DNA from: Elusimicrobiota bacterium
Lineage (GTDB): Bacteria; Elusimicrobiota; Elusimicrobia; UBA1565; UBA9628
Length of the DNA: 32,000 bases
Direction: 5' to 3'
Assembly: GCA_027371715.1 (NCBI GenBank)
Contig: DAHXMM010000020.1
Coordinates: forward strand, 1 to 32,000
Made by a program: the position numbers and the translations under genes
Notes under the pieces: model-generated
Seen by the model: only the letters and a program-made list of their open reading frames with translations
Told to the model about the DNA's origin: nothing
The model's database searches: none
Shown here: positions 6,914 through 15,018 of the stretch, one piece after another
How positions within the stretch are numbered: the stretch's first letter is position 1
Layout of the letters: every line of letters starts with the position of its first letter

Positions 6914-9430
6914 ATGGACATCTTAATGATCGTTTTTATTCCCAGTCTTTTTATCATCCTGGGAGCCCTAATGTTTATCGTCAGCCGGGTGATGGAATTC
7001 TCGCAATCCAATCGTTATTTCGCAAAACAAAGAGGAAACAGCCTTATGTTTACGCGTTTCATGACTCAAATTGCCATGGCCAAAAGCCAACTTGGAAAAA
7101 GAGCCCAGGAATTGGAAGCTCTGTCCATGCGCCTTCAAATGAATAACGAAGAACTTGCCCGGCTCAACAACCTCAAAATGAAATTCTTATCAATGGCGGT
7201 TCATGATATTCGAAATCCACTCACCGCTATTACCGGTTACAGCGACATTTTGTCTCGCAACAAAAATCTAGGACCCAAAGAGCAGGTTTTGTCAAAAATG
7301 ATTTTGACCGCGACCCGGCAAATCAACCATCTGATGGGAGATCTCACCGATCTCGCCGTCATCGAAGCGGGAAAATTTAAAATGGAAATGGCGCCCTTTG
7401 ATCTGGCCGGACTCATCCAGGAAGTAGGGGCCACTTTGACCCCGGGAGCCTCCAACAAAGGCGTCATTCTTTCTGTTCGAGAACCTCCGCCCGGAATTAT
7501 CATCACCGCCGACCGCTACCGCATTTGGCGCGTTTTGACGAATCTTTTGGGAAATGCCGTTAAATTTACCCCTTCTGGAGGACGCGTCGAACTCCGGGCC
7601 GAAGTCGCGGCGGGAATGGCCATGATTTCAGTCCAAGACAACGGCCCCGGGATTCACCCGACCGAACGGCGGAAAATTTTTGAAAAGTTCTACCAGTCAA
7701 AACACATCAAAGATGAAAAAGCCCGCAAGGGCGGCTGGGGATTGGGACTGGCCATCGCCCAAGAAATTGTTCAGTCCCACGGGGGAGAAATCGGAGTCGA
7801 CAGCCGTGGTCTCGGACACGGTTCTACTTTTTGGGTTCGCATTCCTCTTAAAGCCAAGCGCCCCATCCGCTCCAGCCCCATGCGTCTTGCGCTCGCTTTA
7901 ATCGGGTTTTTAGCGCTCTCTTTGGCGCCGAAAAAAACTCAGGCTCAAACTGTTCCCTTCCTTGAAAAATCAAAATTCGAAAAATCATTGGAAACCAAGG
8001 TGGACGGAGTCCTTCTCAATATCTTGGGGCCCAATCGAGCCAAAGTCATCATCAACGCGACCCTCAATTTCACAAAAACCGAAAGCTTTCAAACCGAAGG
8101 CGCCAGCATCACGACGACAAAAACCTCGGGGCTTCCGTATCTTTGGCAAGAACCCAGTAAAACGGCGCAACCCGAAGAGTTGCTACCGGGAGTGCCGCTT
8201 GATTCCGGCGGCCCGGCTCTTCCCACGCCGCCGCCATCCATCAAGGGCTATAAAAAAGAAGATTCCTTCCCCGCCGAATTTATCAAAAGATTAGACGTCA
8301 CTCTCATTTTGGATAATTCCGTCAAGGGAAACCGGAGCGCCGAAATCGGCAAAATTACGGCCGATCTTCTCAGTCTCAATCCTAAACGAGGAGATTCTCT
8401 GACCGTGGTCCACACCGAGTTTTCTCCGATCTGGAAAACCGTTTGGTACTCTCCGGAAACTGCCGGTATGCTTCTTAAATATATTTTAACCGGATTTCTC
8501 TTTTTTATGGCGCTCATCGTCATCGCCGTCGGATTTATCAAAATCGCCAACGCCATGCGCATGATGGCCAACGCACAATCCCAGCAAATCTCAATGGAAA
8601 TGAAGGGGCTTGATGGCGAGGGGGGAAATGGACCGGGCGGAGTTTTAGGACATAATACGCTCATGATTGGGGATCAGAAATCGGGAGAAAACGCCCCTGA
8701 AAACAAAAACGAACCGGTCATGTTTGACGTGCGAATGGACCAAGTAGAAACCCTGGCTCAAATGCTTCTCCCCGAACCACCTGAAAATGTCGCCATTGTT
8801 GCCTCGCGCTTGACTCCGGATGTTTCAAAAAGGCTCATCGACGCCCTCCCGCCGGAACTGGCGAGCGCGGTCGTCAGTCAACTCGCCCGCCCGCGCTTTA
8901 TCGATCCGGAAATTATCGTCAACTTAAAGGAAGAGTTAGAACGGCGTCTTTCCGGCGCGGTCGGAGGAGTGCATTATCTCGCGGAACTGATGTCGGCCGC
9001 CAGCCAAAAAAGGCGTCATGAAATGCTGGAAGCCGTTCGCTCTCAAAACCAAAACCTCGCCGAGGAACTCAGAAAACGAGTCTTTTTCATCGAGGATCTC
9101 TCAAAACTAACCCAACAAGAATGGTCGTATCTCTTGTCCTTGGTCACTTATCAAGAATGGAGCGCCGGTCTCCATGAGGGTCCCCAAGTCGTCGTTGAAG
9201 CCATCAAACAAAATGTCTCAGAAAAAGCCTGGGGGGTTCTCAGCGAGATGATTGAAGCGGCTTCTCCCACAACAGAACAAACAGAAACGGCGCAAGATAA
9301 AATCGGTCAAAGCGTCTCAGAACTCATCCGGGAACAAAGAATCAAAACCATTGCGCCGCAATTGGGACTTCAAATTCATGAATCTCCAGTTGAAGAAGAA
9401 AAAGGCGCGGAAAGTAGTAAGGGCTCGTGA
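6914..9430 (+). CDS. Three-TM fusion protein: histidine-kinase core (HisKA + HATPase_c), FliF-like periplasmic ring domain and FliG-like (middle + C-terminal) domain
   Basis: ATG 6914 is preceded by GGAGG (6904-6908). TM1 is MDILMIVFIPSLFIILGALMFIV. Kinase motifs: H-box AVHDIRNPL (His codon 7202-7204), N-box LLGNAVKF, DNGPGI, GWGLGLAI. TM2 is at 7880-7927. FliF-like motifs are LGPNRAKVIINATLNF, IKRLDVTLILD and RGDSLTVVHTEFS. TM3 is at 8468-8548. FliG-like motifs are EPPE, GGVHYLAEL, VFFIEDL and NVSEKAWGVLSE. There is no in-frame stop anywhere between the modules. Confidence 0.8.
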   Translation: MDILMIVFIPSLFIILGALMFIVSRVMEFSQSNRYFAKQRGNSLMFTRFMTQIAMAKSQLGKRAQELEALSMRLQMNNEELARLNNLKMKFLSMAVHDIRNPLTAITGYSDILSRNKNLGPKEQVLSKMILTATRQINHLMGDLTDLAVIEAGKFKMEMAPFDLAGLIQEVGATLTPGASNKGVILSVREPPPGIIITADRYRIWRVLTNLLGNAVKFTPSGGRVELRAEVAAGMAMISVQDNGPGIHPTERRKIFEKFYQSKHIKDEKARKGGWGLGLAIAQEIVQSHGGEIGVDSRGLGHGSTFWVRIPLKAKRPIRSSPMRLALALIGFLALSLAPKKTQAQTVPFLEKSKFEKSLETKVDGVLLNILGPNRAKVIINATLNFTKTESFQTEGASITTTKTSGLPYLWQEPSKTAQPEELLPGVPLDSGGPALPTPPPSIKGYKKEDSFPAEFIKRLDVTLILDNSVKGNRSAEIGKITADLLSLNPKRGDSLTVVHTEFSPIWKTVWYSPETAGMLLKYILTGFLFFMALIVIAVGFIKIANAMRMMANAQSQQISMEMKGLDGEGGNGPGGVLGHNTLMIGDQKSGENAPENKNEPVMFDVRMDQVETLAQMLLPEPPENVAIVASRLTPDVSKRLIDALPPELASAVVSQLARPRFIDPEIIVNLKEELERRLSGAVGGVHYLAELMSAASQKRRHEMLEAVRSQNQNLAEELRKRVFFIEDLSKLTQQEWSYLLSLVTYQEWSAGLHEGPQVVVEAIKQNVSEKAWGVLSEMIEAASPTTEQTETAQDKIGQSVSELIREQRIKTIAPQLGLQIHESPVEEEKGAESSKGS

Positions 9431-9498
9431 CAAAATAATAACAGTCTCTATTTACTTCGTCATTTCTTCATGATTCAATACCATTTTTGTTCTATCCT

Positions 9499-10443
9499 AT
9501 GGGTATGGCTGAAAGTCCGAAAGGTTCCATCTTTTCCTCCTTAAGGGCGCTGGAAGAAATTCCGGAAGAAACTCCCGCCGCGCCTCCGACTTCGCAAAAC
9601 CCTTCACCCTCTCCCACCCCCGCCGCACAAACACCAACGCCCACGCCGCCACCTTCGCAAGCGCCTCCTCCATCAGATGAGACTTTGAAAGCCGTGGAGT
9701 CAAAAATCGAAAAGTTAGAACAAAAAATCCAGGAGATGGGGACAGTCCCCAATTCAGACCCTCATCTTAACCGTATTGAAGCCCTGGAGCAAAAATTGCA
9801 ACAAATGCAGGAACGCGCCATTCAGGCGGAGGTCGCTCTCAGAGAGCGCGAGAAATCCCAAGAAGCCGCCCGGCGCGAGACGGAATCTCTTCTTCAAAAT
9901 TTAGCGTCCCAGCGCCGGCTTGAAGAATCGGACCGGCAAATGAAGGAAAATCTGGCTTATTGCCGACGCCGAATCGAAGAATTGGAGGAAAAACAATCCT
10001 CTATTAAAATTCCGGATACCCAACAATCGGAAAATGAGTTTAAATCCCTCCTAAAAAGTTTTATGGAACAGATCGAGCTAAAAACAACTCCGGTTTTAGC
10101 GTCTCTTGTTGATCTCAGGAAAGAAAATGAAAACCGCGAAAAAGAAAATCGCGGCATGGAGCAAAGGATAAACGAGATTGAGAAAAATATCAATTCTTTT
10201 TTTTCGACAGAGTTAGGGCAAGCGAGCGCTCTAGCAGAAGGATTACGCCACCTAAAACAAACCGTGGAACGAGTCAACACGGAAACCGCGGAAAAACTCG
10301 AAAAAATAAGCGCCGCTCTAAGCCTATTAGAATTTAGGCATTCCCAAGCGAAAAACACAACAGAAGAATTACGCGCTCTCGATAAAGACTTTCAGAAAAT
10401 ACTCTCCATTCTCGATGCCAGCGTTTCCAACTCGCCCAAATAA
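9499..10443 (+). CDS. Pro-rich N-terminus / long coiled-coil cytoplasmic protein, unknown function
   Basis: The ORF has heptad-like charged repeats (IEKLEQKIQE, IEALEQKLQQMQERAIQAE, RRRIEELEEKQ) and a PT/PS-rich tract (PSPSPTPAAQTPTPTPPPSQAPPPS). The start is ambiguous (ATG 9499 or 9505; the ORF-track start at 9487 is non-ATG). It contains an in-frame palindrome copy (EMGTVPNS). Confidence 0.7.
   Translation: MGMAESPKGSIFSSLRALEEIPEETPAAPPTSQNPSPSPTPAAQTPTPTPPPSQAPPPSDETLKAVESKIEKLEQKIQEMGTVPNSDPHLNRIEALEQKLQQMQERAIQAEVALREREKSQEAARRETESLLQNLASQRRLEESDRQMKENLAYCRRRIEELEEKQSSIKIPDTQQSENEFKSLLKSFMEQIELKTTPVLASLVDLRKENENREKENRGMEQRINEIEKNINSFFSTELGQASALAEGLRHLKQTVERVNTETAEKLEKISAALSLLEFRHSQAKNTTEELRALDKDFQKILSILDASVSNSPK
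9738..9754. repeat. Palindrome copy inside the coiled-coil CDS (read as MGTVPNS)
   Basis: gagatGGGGACAGTCCCCAATTca, perfect core at 9739-9749. Confidence 0.85.
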
Positions 10444-10444
10444 A

Positions 10445-10460
10445 GGGATAGTCCCTATTA
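10445..10460. repeat. Degenerate palindrome copy GGGATAGTCCC
   Basis: taaaGGGATAGTCCCTATTAg, starting 2 nt after the stop at 10441-10443. Confidence 0.6.
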
Positions 10461-10500
10461 GTATTTGGAATTCTCTTTTCTTTCCTATATAATAAGCAAC

Positions 10501-11238
10501 ATGGAACTAACATCGATCATCGGTCTAGGGGCTATTCTAATTTTAACTGCGATTGGCCTTGCCACTGGAGGGCTTCCGGCGGTTTTCATCAACTGGCATG
10601 GAATTGGAATCGTGCTTGGGGGAACTTTTTGCGCCCTCATGATCAACACCCCACTGGATATTTTGCTCAGAACCGGATCGTCTGTGACCGATTTAATTTC
10701 GGCCGATCCTTATGTCGACCGGATCGCTCTTGTGGACGCCATCATGACACTAGCACAAGAGGTTCAATCCCGGGGAATTAACGCCTTTAACAATGTCAAT
10801 AAAACAGTGGCCGCCGGGTATCTCGCTTACGCCGCTCAAATCGCGGTTGAATATAACAACCCTGAAACCCTCCGACAGGTGCTGGAAAATGAGATCATTC
10901 AAAATTCCGATTTACAGAACGAAGCGGTCAACGTTTTTAGAACCGCCGGAATTTTGGCGCCGATGTTCGGACTTTTGGGAACCTTAATTGGAATTGTCGA
11001 GGTTCTGCGCCAAATCGCCAACCCCGCACAAGTGGGTTCCGCCATGGCGGTCGCCATTACGACCGCTTTTTATGGCATCGCGACCGCAAACGTTTTTTGC
11101 GTGCCGATAGCCGGTAAACTAAGAATTCGCTACTGGAGAGAAACGCAGGCCAAGACCATGATTTTGGAAGGCGTCTTTGAAATCCTCCAGCGAACGCCCG
11201 CCGTCATTATCTCGCGGAAACTGAAATCTTATCTATGA
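10501..11238 (+). CDS. motA: MotA/PomA-family stator proton-channel subunit (MotA_ExbB family)
   Basis: MELTSIIGLGAILILTAIG...IVLGGTF N-terminal TM pair, a long cytoplasmic loop, then GILAPMFGLLGTLIGIVEVL and MAVAITTAFYGIATANVFCVPIAGKL, typical of MotA TM3/TM4. ATG 10501 is preferred over the ORF-track TTG 10465. Confidence 0.85.
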   Translation: MELTSIIGLGAILILTAIGLATGGLPAVFINWHGIGIVLGGTFCALMINTPLDILLRTGSSVTDLISADPYVDRIALVDAIMTLAQEVQSRGINAFNNVNKTVAAGYLAYAAQIAVEYNNPETLRQVLENEIIQNSDLQNEAVNVFRTAGILAPMFGLLGTLIGIVEVLRQIANPAQVGSAMAVAITTAFYGIATANVFCVPIAGKLRIRYWRETQAKTMILEGVFEILQRTPAVIISRKLKSYL

Positions 11239-11241
11239 ATG

Positions 11242-11262
11242 AATTGGGGACTGTCCCTAATT
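11242..11262. repeat. 21-nt palindrome copy between motA and motB
   Basis: AATTGGGGACTGTCCCTAATT, core at 11247-11257, 4 nt after the motA stop and 8 nt before the motB ATG. Confidence 0.9.
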
Positions 11263-11269
11263 ATTAATT

Positions 11270-11962
11270 ATGAGACGCTCAAGGCACGAAGACCTCGAAA
11301 ATCAGCTTGCGAAATCCGCCCAATGGGCCATTACCTATGGGGATTTCATGAGTTATCTCATGATTTTCTTTCTCATCATGTTTTCTTTCACGCTTTCAAA
11401 ATCCGGAGGGAAAACTACGGAAAACGTTAAGTATCAGGAATCCCTCATTAAAATTCAGAAGGTCTTTGGCGGGAAGGGAAGCTCCGTGGATTATGATCGC
11501 CTGATTAAGCGCGAAAAAGAAGAGTCCATGGTCACCCAACTTAAACAAGCTCTTGATAAAAAGGATTTGTCAAAATACGCGAAAATAGAAACCTGGGATA
11601 AAAAAATTCGACTCATCTTAGCCAGCGCGGTTCTTTTTGACTCCGGCCGAGCAAGCTTAGCCCCGCGATCGGAAAAAATTTTAGCCGCCGTCGCCCAACA
11701 ACTTAAAACCTTGGACAACCCGATTCAAATTGAAGGGCATACCGATAACGTTCCTATTAACGGCGGACGCTATAAATCCAATTGGGAACTTTCAATGGCG
11801 CGCGCCTACTCAGTTCTCGTTTTTTTTGAGAAACAAGGCATCGCGCCTCAACGTTTGTCCGCCATCGGCTACGGCCAATATCACCCCATCGCCGACAACA
11901 AAACGCCGGAAGGACGCGCTAAAAATCGTAGAATCGAGATAGATTTATTACGGACGGAATGA
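11270..11962 (+). CDS. motB: MotB-family stator subunit with OmpA-like peptidoglycan-binding domain
   Basis: N-terminal WAITYGDFMSYLMIFFLIMFS is a single TM with the conserved proton-binding Asp context (compare E. coli YADFMTAMMAFF). The C-terminal OmpA-like domain reads IQIEGHTDNVPI...SNWELSMARAYSVLVFF...IGYGQYHPIADNKTPEGRAKNRRIEI. Confidence 0.9.
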   Translation: MRRSRHEDLENQLAKSAQWAITYGDFMSYLMIFFLIMFSFTLSKSGGKTTENVKYQESLIKIQKVFGGKGSSVDYDRLIKREKEESMVTQLKQALDKKDLSKYAKIETWDKKIRLILASAVLFDSGRASLAPRSEKILAAVAQQLKTLDNPIQIEGHTDNVPINGGRYKSNWELSMARAYSVLVFFEKQGIAPQRLSAIGYGQYHPIADNKTPEGRAKNRRIEIDLLRTE

Positions 11963-11976
11963 AAGGGAGATCAAAA

Positions 11977-12999
11977 ATGAAAGAATTGTGGGCTATTCTC
12001 TGCACCATCCTAGTCTTGCCGGTCGCGGCTTTTTCAGCCGCCTCATCCGGAACGAATAATTCGAACACTGCCCCTTATCAAGGAGCCACGGCGCCGCATC
12101 CAAAACTTCCGCAAGATCCTTATCTCACGGCCCTTGACGACATCAAAAGCCCGATTCCCTCGGTTCGTTTGGCGGCAGTTCAAGTTTTAGCTCAAAACCG
12201 TAATCCTGCCTCCATCGCGCCTCTGACCCAAGCCCTTTCCGATAAAAACCCGGCGGTCTGCGCCGCCGCCATTCACGCCTTGGGTCTTTTAAGGGTTAAG
12301 GCCGTAGCTCCAAAAATCGCGCAACTTTTAGCCACCTCCCAAGCTTCCCAAGTCAGGCAAAACGCCGCCGTCGCCTTGGCTTATCTGGCCGATCCGGCGG
12401 CCATCCCCACCTTAATTTCCGCTATTTCCGATTCTCATCGAAGCGTTCGCTATGCGGCAATTAAAACCTTGGGCAGTCTCCACGCCCAGGCTGCATTACC
12501 GGCCCTCATTAACACGCTTAAAAGTTCAAACGCTAATATCCGAGAGACCGCCGCTGCGGCCCTGGGGCAAATTCAATCTCCAAAAGCCTCATCCGCCCTT
12601 GCCGCTTTAACGACCGACCCCAACATCCAAGTTCGAGAGGCCGCCGTCATCGCGCTTGGTTCAACCGGAGGCAAGACCGCCATCTCGCCCCTCCTCAAAG
12701 CGCTTAAGGATTCGAATTTTTCCGTCAGTCTTGATGCGGCCCGCTCTCTTTCAAAACTGGGAAATTTTAAGGGAAAAAGCGTCGCGCTCAAGGGATTGAG
12801 CCAAAAAAACTCCTTTCTCAGGCAAGAAGCCGTCACGGTTTTAGGAATGACCGGAGGGAAAAAAGCTCTCCTTGCGCTTGAAAAACTTTCTAAAAAAGAA
12901 AAAGATCCCGCGACGATTAGCCTCATTGGTTTTGCCGAAGCCCAAATCAAGGGACGCCTTGGAATAAGACCCACGCCTCCTCAATCGCGCAAAAAATGA
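11977..12999 (+). CDS. Secreted HEAT-repeat (PBS-lyase HEAT-like) protein
   Basis: ATG 11977 is preceded by GGGAGA (11965-11970). The signal peptide is MKELWAILCTILVLPVAAFSAASS. There are about 8 repeats of the type VRxxAAxALGxLxxxxAxxxLxxALxDxN. The stop overlaps the next start (ATGA at 12996-12999). Confidence 0.8.
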   Translation: MKELWAILCTILVLPVAAFSAASSGTNNSNTAPYQGATAPHPKLPQDPYLTALDDIKSPIPSVRLAAVQVLAQNRNPASIAPLTQALSDKNPAVCAAAIHALGLLRVKAVAPKIAQLLATSQASQVRQNAAVALAYLADPAAIPTLISAISDSHRSVRYAAIKTLGSLHAQAALPALINTLKSSNANIRETAAAALGQIQSPKASSALAALTTDPNIQVREAAVIALGSTGGKTAISPLLKALKDSNFSVSLDAARSLSKLGNFKGKSVALKGLSQKNSFLRQEAVTVLGMTGGKKALLALEKLSKKEKDPATISLIGFAEAQIKGRLGIRPTPPQSRKK

Positions 13000-15011
13000 G
13001 ACGCCTCTTCGGCCTTTTCTTTTCGCTGGCCTTAAGTTTTCTTTTTATCTTTCTTTATCGGCCAGCCATATTTGAACTCCAAGCCAACGATGTCTTTAAT
13101 AATCTGGAAAACTCTTGGCAGGATTTTCTTTTTCGCGTCAATAGAAATCACCTAAAGCACGGAGACCCTCGCATCATCATCGCGGCCATTGATGATCCCA
13201 CCCTTCATCAATACGGATACCCGCTTCCTAGAATAATTTATGCGAAGCTCTTAGATCGTCTTCACGAGTTAAAAGTCAAGACCGTGGCCTTCGACGTCCT
13301 TTTCGCGGACCCCCGAAAAGGAGATTCTGATTTAGCGCGCGCTCTAGGGAAATTTAATAAAAGCGTTCTCGCCTATGCTTATGATCAAAACAGTTCCGAA
13401 CATTTCGTTTTGCCCACGCGCCCGCTCTATCAAGCCGCAAAAAGACTTGGGTATGTCAATGTGGGAAATTGCATAGATCCTGATGGGCATATCCGAGAAT
13501 TTCAAATTTTTCAGTCTTCTTTTAAAAACCCAAAAACAAATTCGATGGGAGAAGCTCTCTCGGTTCCGACGCTCGCCTATTTTACAGGGCAACTCTTTGA
13601 AAAGACCACCGGCCTCGGCCCAACCGACGCGCATTTCTACATTAATTTTAGGCCGCCTACTTATGCCAACGATCAAGACGTGCTGTTCTCTTATCCCGTT
13701 TTTTCCATCGCCAAGATTTTAAGCAAAAACCTTCCGCAAAAAGAGAAAGATGCTTTAAAAGGAGCCTTAGTTCTTGTCGGCTCAACCGCCCTTTCCGCTT
13801 TCGATCATTATCCCTCGCCCTTTAGCGATGCCAGTCCCGGAGTCGAATATCACGCTAACATTCTGGACAATCTTCTTCATCGCAACTGGATGCGCCCCTT
13901 TTCGCCTTTTTATCAGATATTCATCATACTTTTGTTTATCTGGCTTCCCTTTTTTCTGAGACGCGCGCCGACGCAGTGGGAAACGTTTTCGGTTTTTGGG
14001 GTTTTCTTGGCCTGGCTTTGTTTTTGCGAATGGCAATTTTTGAAAGGAGTTCGCGTGGAATTCGTCCTACCCTCTGCCGCTCTTTTGACGTCTTTTGTCG
14101 GCGAAACTATCCATCAAGCCTTGACCGAGGGGCGGGAGAAAAAATTCATCAAGAACTTATTTACTCAATTTGTCTCTCCCGAAGTGGTTGAGGACCTCGC
14201 CAAAAACCCTGACAAAATTAAACTGGGGGGAGAAAAAAAAGACATGACGGTTCTTTTTTTGGACATCGCCCATTTTACCAGCATCTCAGAAAAAATGTCG
14301 CCGGAAGAACTCATCAAGTTTCTCAATCTCTATCTCTCGCGTTTGAGCCAAGTCATTTACGATTACGGCGGGGTCGTTGATAAATATATTGGAGACTCCA
14401 TCATGGCTTTTTGGAACGCTCCATTAGAAGTAAAATCCCATCGCATGAAGGCCTGCCTTGCGGCGTTATCCCTTCAAGACGCCGTTTTAGAACTCAACAA
14501 AAATCTGCCTTCAAGCATCCCACATCCACCTCAAGTGAGAATTGGAATCAATTCCGGCATTGTCACCGTGGGCCTTACTGGAAGCGAACATAAACTTCAA
14601 TATACCGTGATCGGAGATGAAGTTAATTTAGCCTCTCGCCTTGAAGGGGCCAATAAGTTTTTTAAATCGCAGACCATGATCAGCGAAGCCGTTTACGCCG
14701 AAGCCAAAGCGGAAATAGAGGCTCGGGAAATCGGGATTATCCGCGTTCTTGGGAAAGAAACCCCCATCAAGACTTATCAGATTCTGGCTCGAAAAGGAGC
14801 GCTTTCCCGCTCCTGGAAAACAGCCCTTCCGATTTACAATCAAGCGCTTCAAGACGTACGAAACAAGGAATACGTCAATGCCATCCATCTTTTTGAAACT
14901 TTCCTTAAAATTATTCCCAATGACGGAACCGCCTCATTTTATCTCTCCGCTTGTAAAAAAGCCCAAGAGAGCACTCCATGGGATGGAATTATTCATCTGA
15001 CCTCTAAATAA
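12996..15011 (+). CDS. CHASE2 sensor domain / class III adenylate (guanylate) cyclase with C-terminal TPR-like tail
   Basis: The N-terminal TM is followed by CHASE2-like IIIAAIDDPTLHQYGYPLPRIIYAKLLDRLHELKVKTVAFDVLFADP, then 3 TM helices. Cyclase motifs are MTVLFLDIAHFTSISE, VDKYIGDSIMAFWNAP and YTVIGDEVNLASRLEG. Confidence 0.9.
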   Translation: MRRLFGLFFSLALSFLFIFLYRPAIFELQANDVFNNLENSWQDFLFRVNRNHLKHGDPRIIIAAIDDPTLHQYGYPLPRIIYAKLLDRLHELKVKTVAFDVLFADPRKGDSDLARALGKFNKSVLAYAYDQNSSEHFVLPTRPLYQAAKRLGYVNVGNCIDPDGHIREFQIFQSSFKNPKTNSMGEALSVPTLAYFTGQLFEKTTGLGPTDAHFYINFRPPTYANDQDVLFSYPVFSIAKILSKNLPQKEKDALKGALVLVGSTALSAFDHYPSPFSDASPGVEYHANILDNLLHRNWMRPFSPFYQIFIILLFIWLPFFLRRAPTQWETFSVFGVFLAWLCFCEWQFLKGVRVEFVLPSAALLTSFVGETIHQALTEGREKKFIKNLFTQFVSPEVVEDLAKNPDKIKLGGEKKDMTVLFLDIAHFTSISEKMSPEELIKFLNLYLSRLSQVIYDYGGVVDKYIGDSIMAFWNAPLEVKSHRMKACLAALSLQDAVLELNKNLPSSIPHPPQVRIGINSGIVTVGLTGSEHKLQYTVIGDEVNLASRLEGANKFFKSQTMISEAVYAEAKAEIEAREIGIIRVLGKETPIKTYQILARKGALSRSWKTALPIYNQALQDVRNKEYVNAIHLFETFLKIIPNDGTASFYLSACKKAQESTPWDGIIHLTSK

Positions 15012-15018
15012 ACCCTGC

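Noticed and set aside
6762-6926. 54-codon small ORF (MKETESKRKLRKENERNRKRPYLALRSFLLLSVTCRCFPFLAVARRCWRLSWTS) whose ATG overlaps the upstream stop, plus the ORF-track ORFs 6802..7146 and the 6863 start
   Set aside because: Their sequence is dictated by the 10-nt repeat array (purine-rich half gives K/E/R, pyrimidine-rich half gives L/F/C). I cannot separate coding from repeat composition. ATG 6914 has a proper SD, so the upstream extension at 6863 is unnecessary. I keep this only as a possibility noted under the repeat-array finding.
6914-9430. Fusion ORF as two or three ordinary genes (kinase; fliF; fliG) mis-joined by the ORF caller
   Set aside because: There is no stop codon in frame between the modules. 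The internal Met at 7880 has no SD and directly follows the kinase C-terminus. The FliF-like part lacks the N-terminal half of FliF, and the FliG-like part lacks an N-domain and its own start context. An assembly frameshift cannot be excluded without reads, so this is listed as a refutation test.
10501-11962. MotA/MotB pair as Zorya (ZorAB) anti-phage defence, or as TolQR/ExbBD
   Set aside because: MotA is 245 aa with no long ZorA-like C-terminal tail, and no ZorC/D-like genes are adjacent. The second subunit has the MotB TM Asp context plus an OmpA-like PG-binding domain, unlike TolR/ExbD. No TonB, TolA or Pal genes are nearby.
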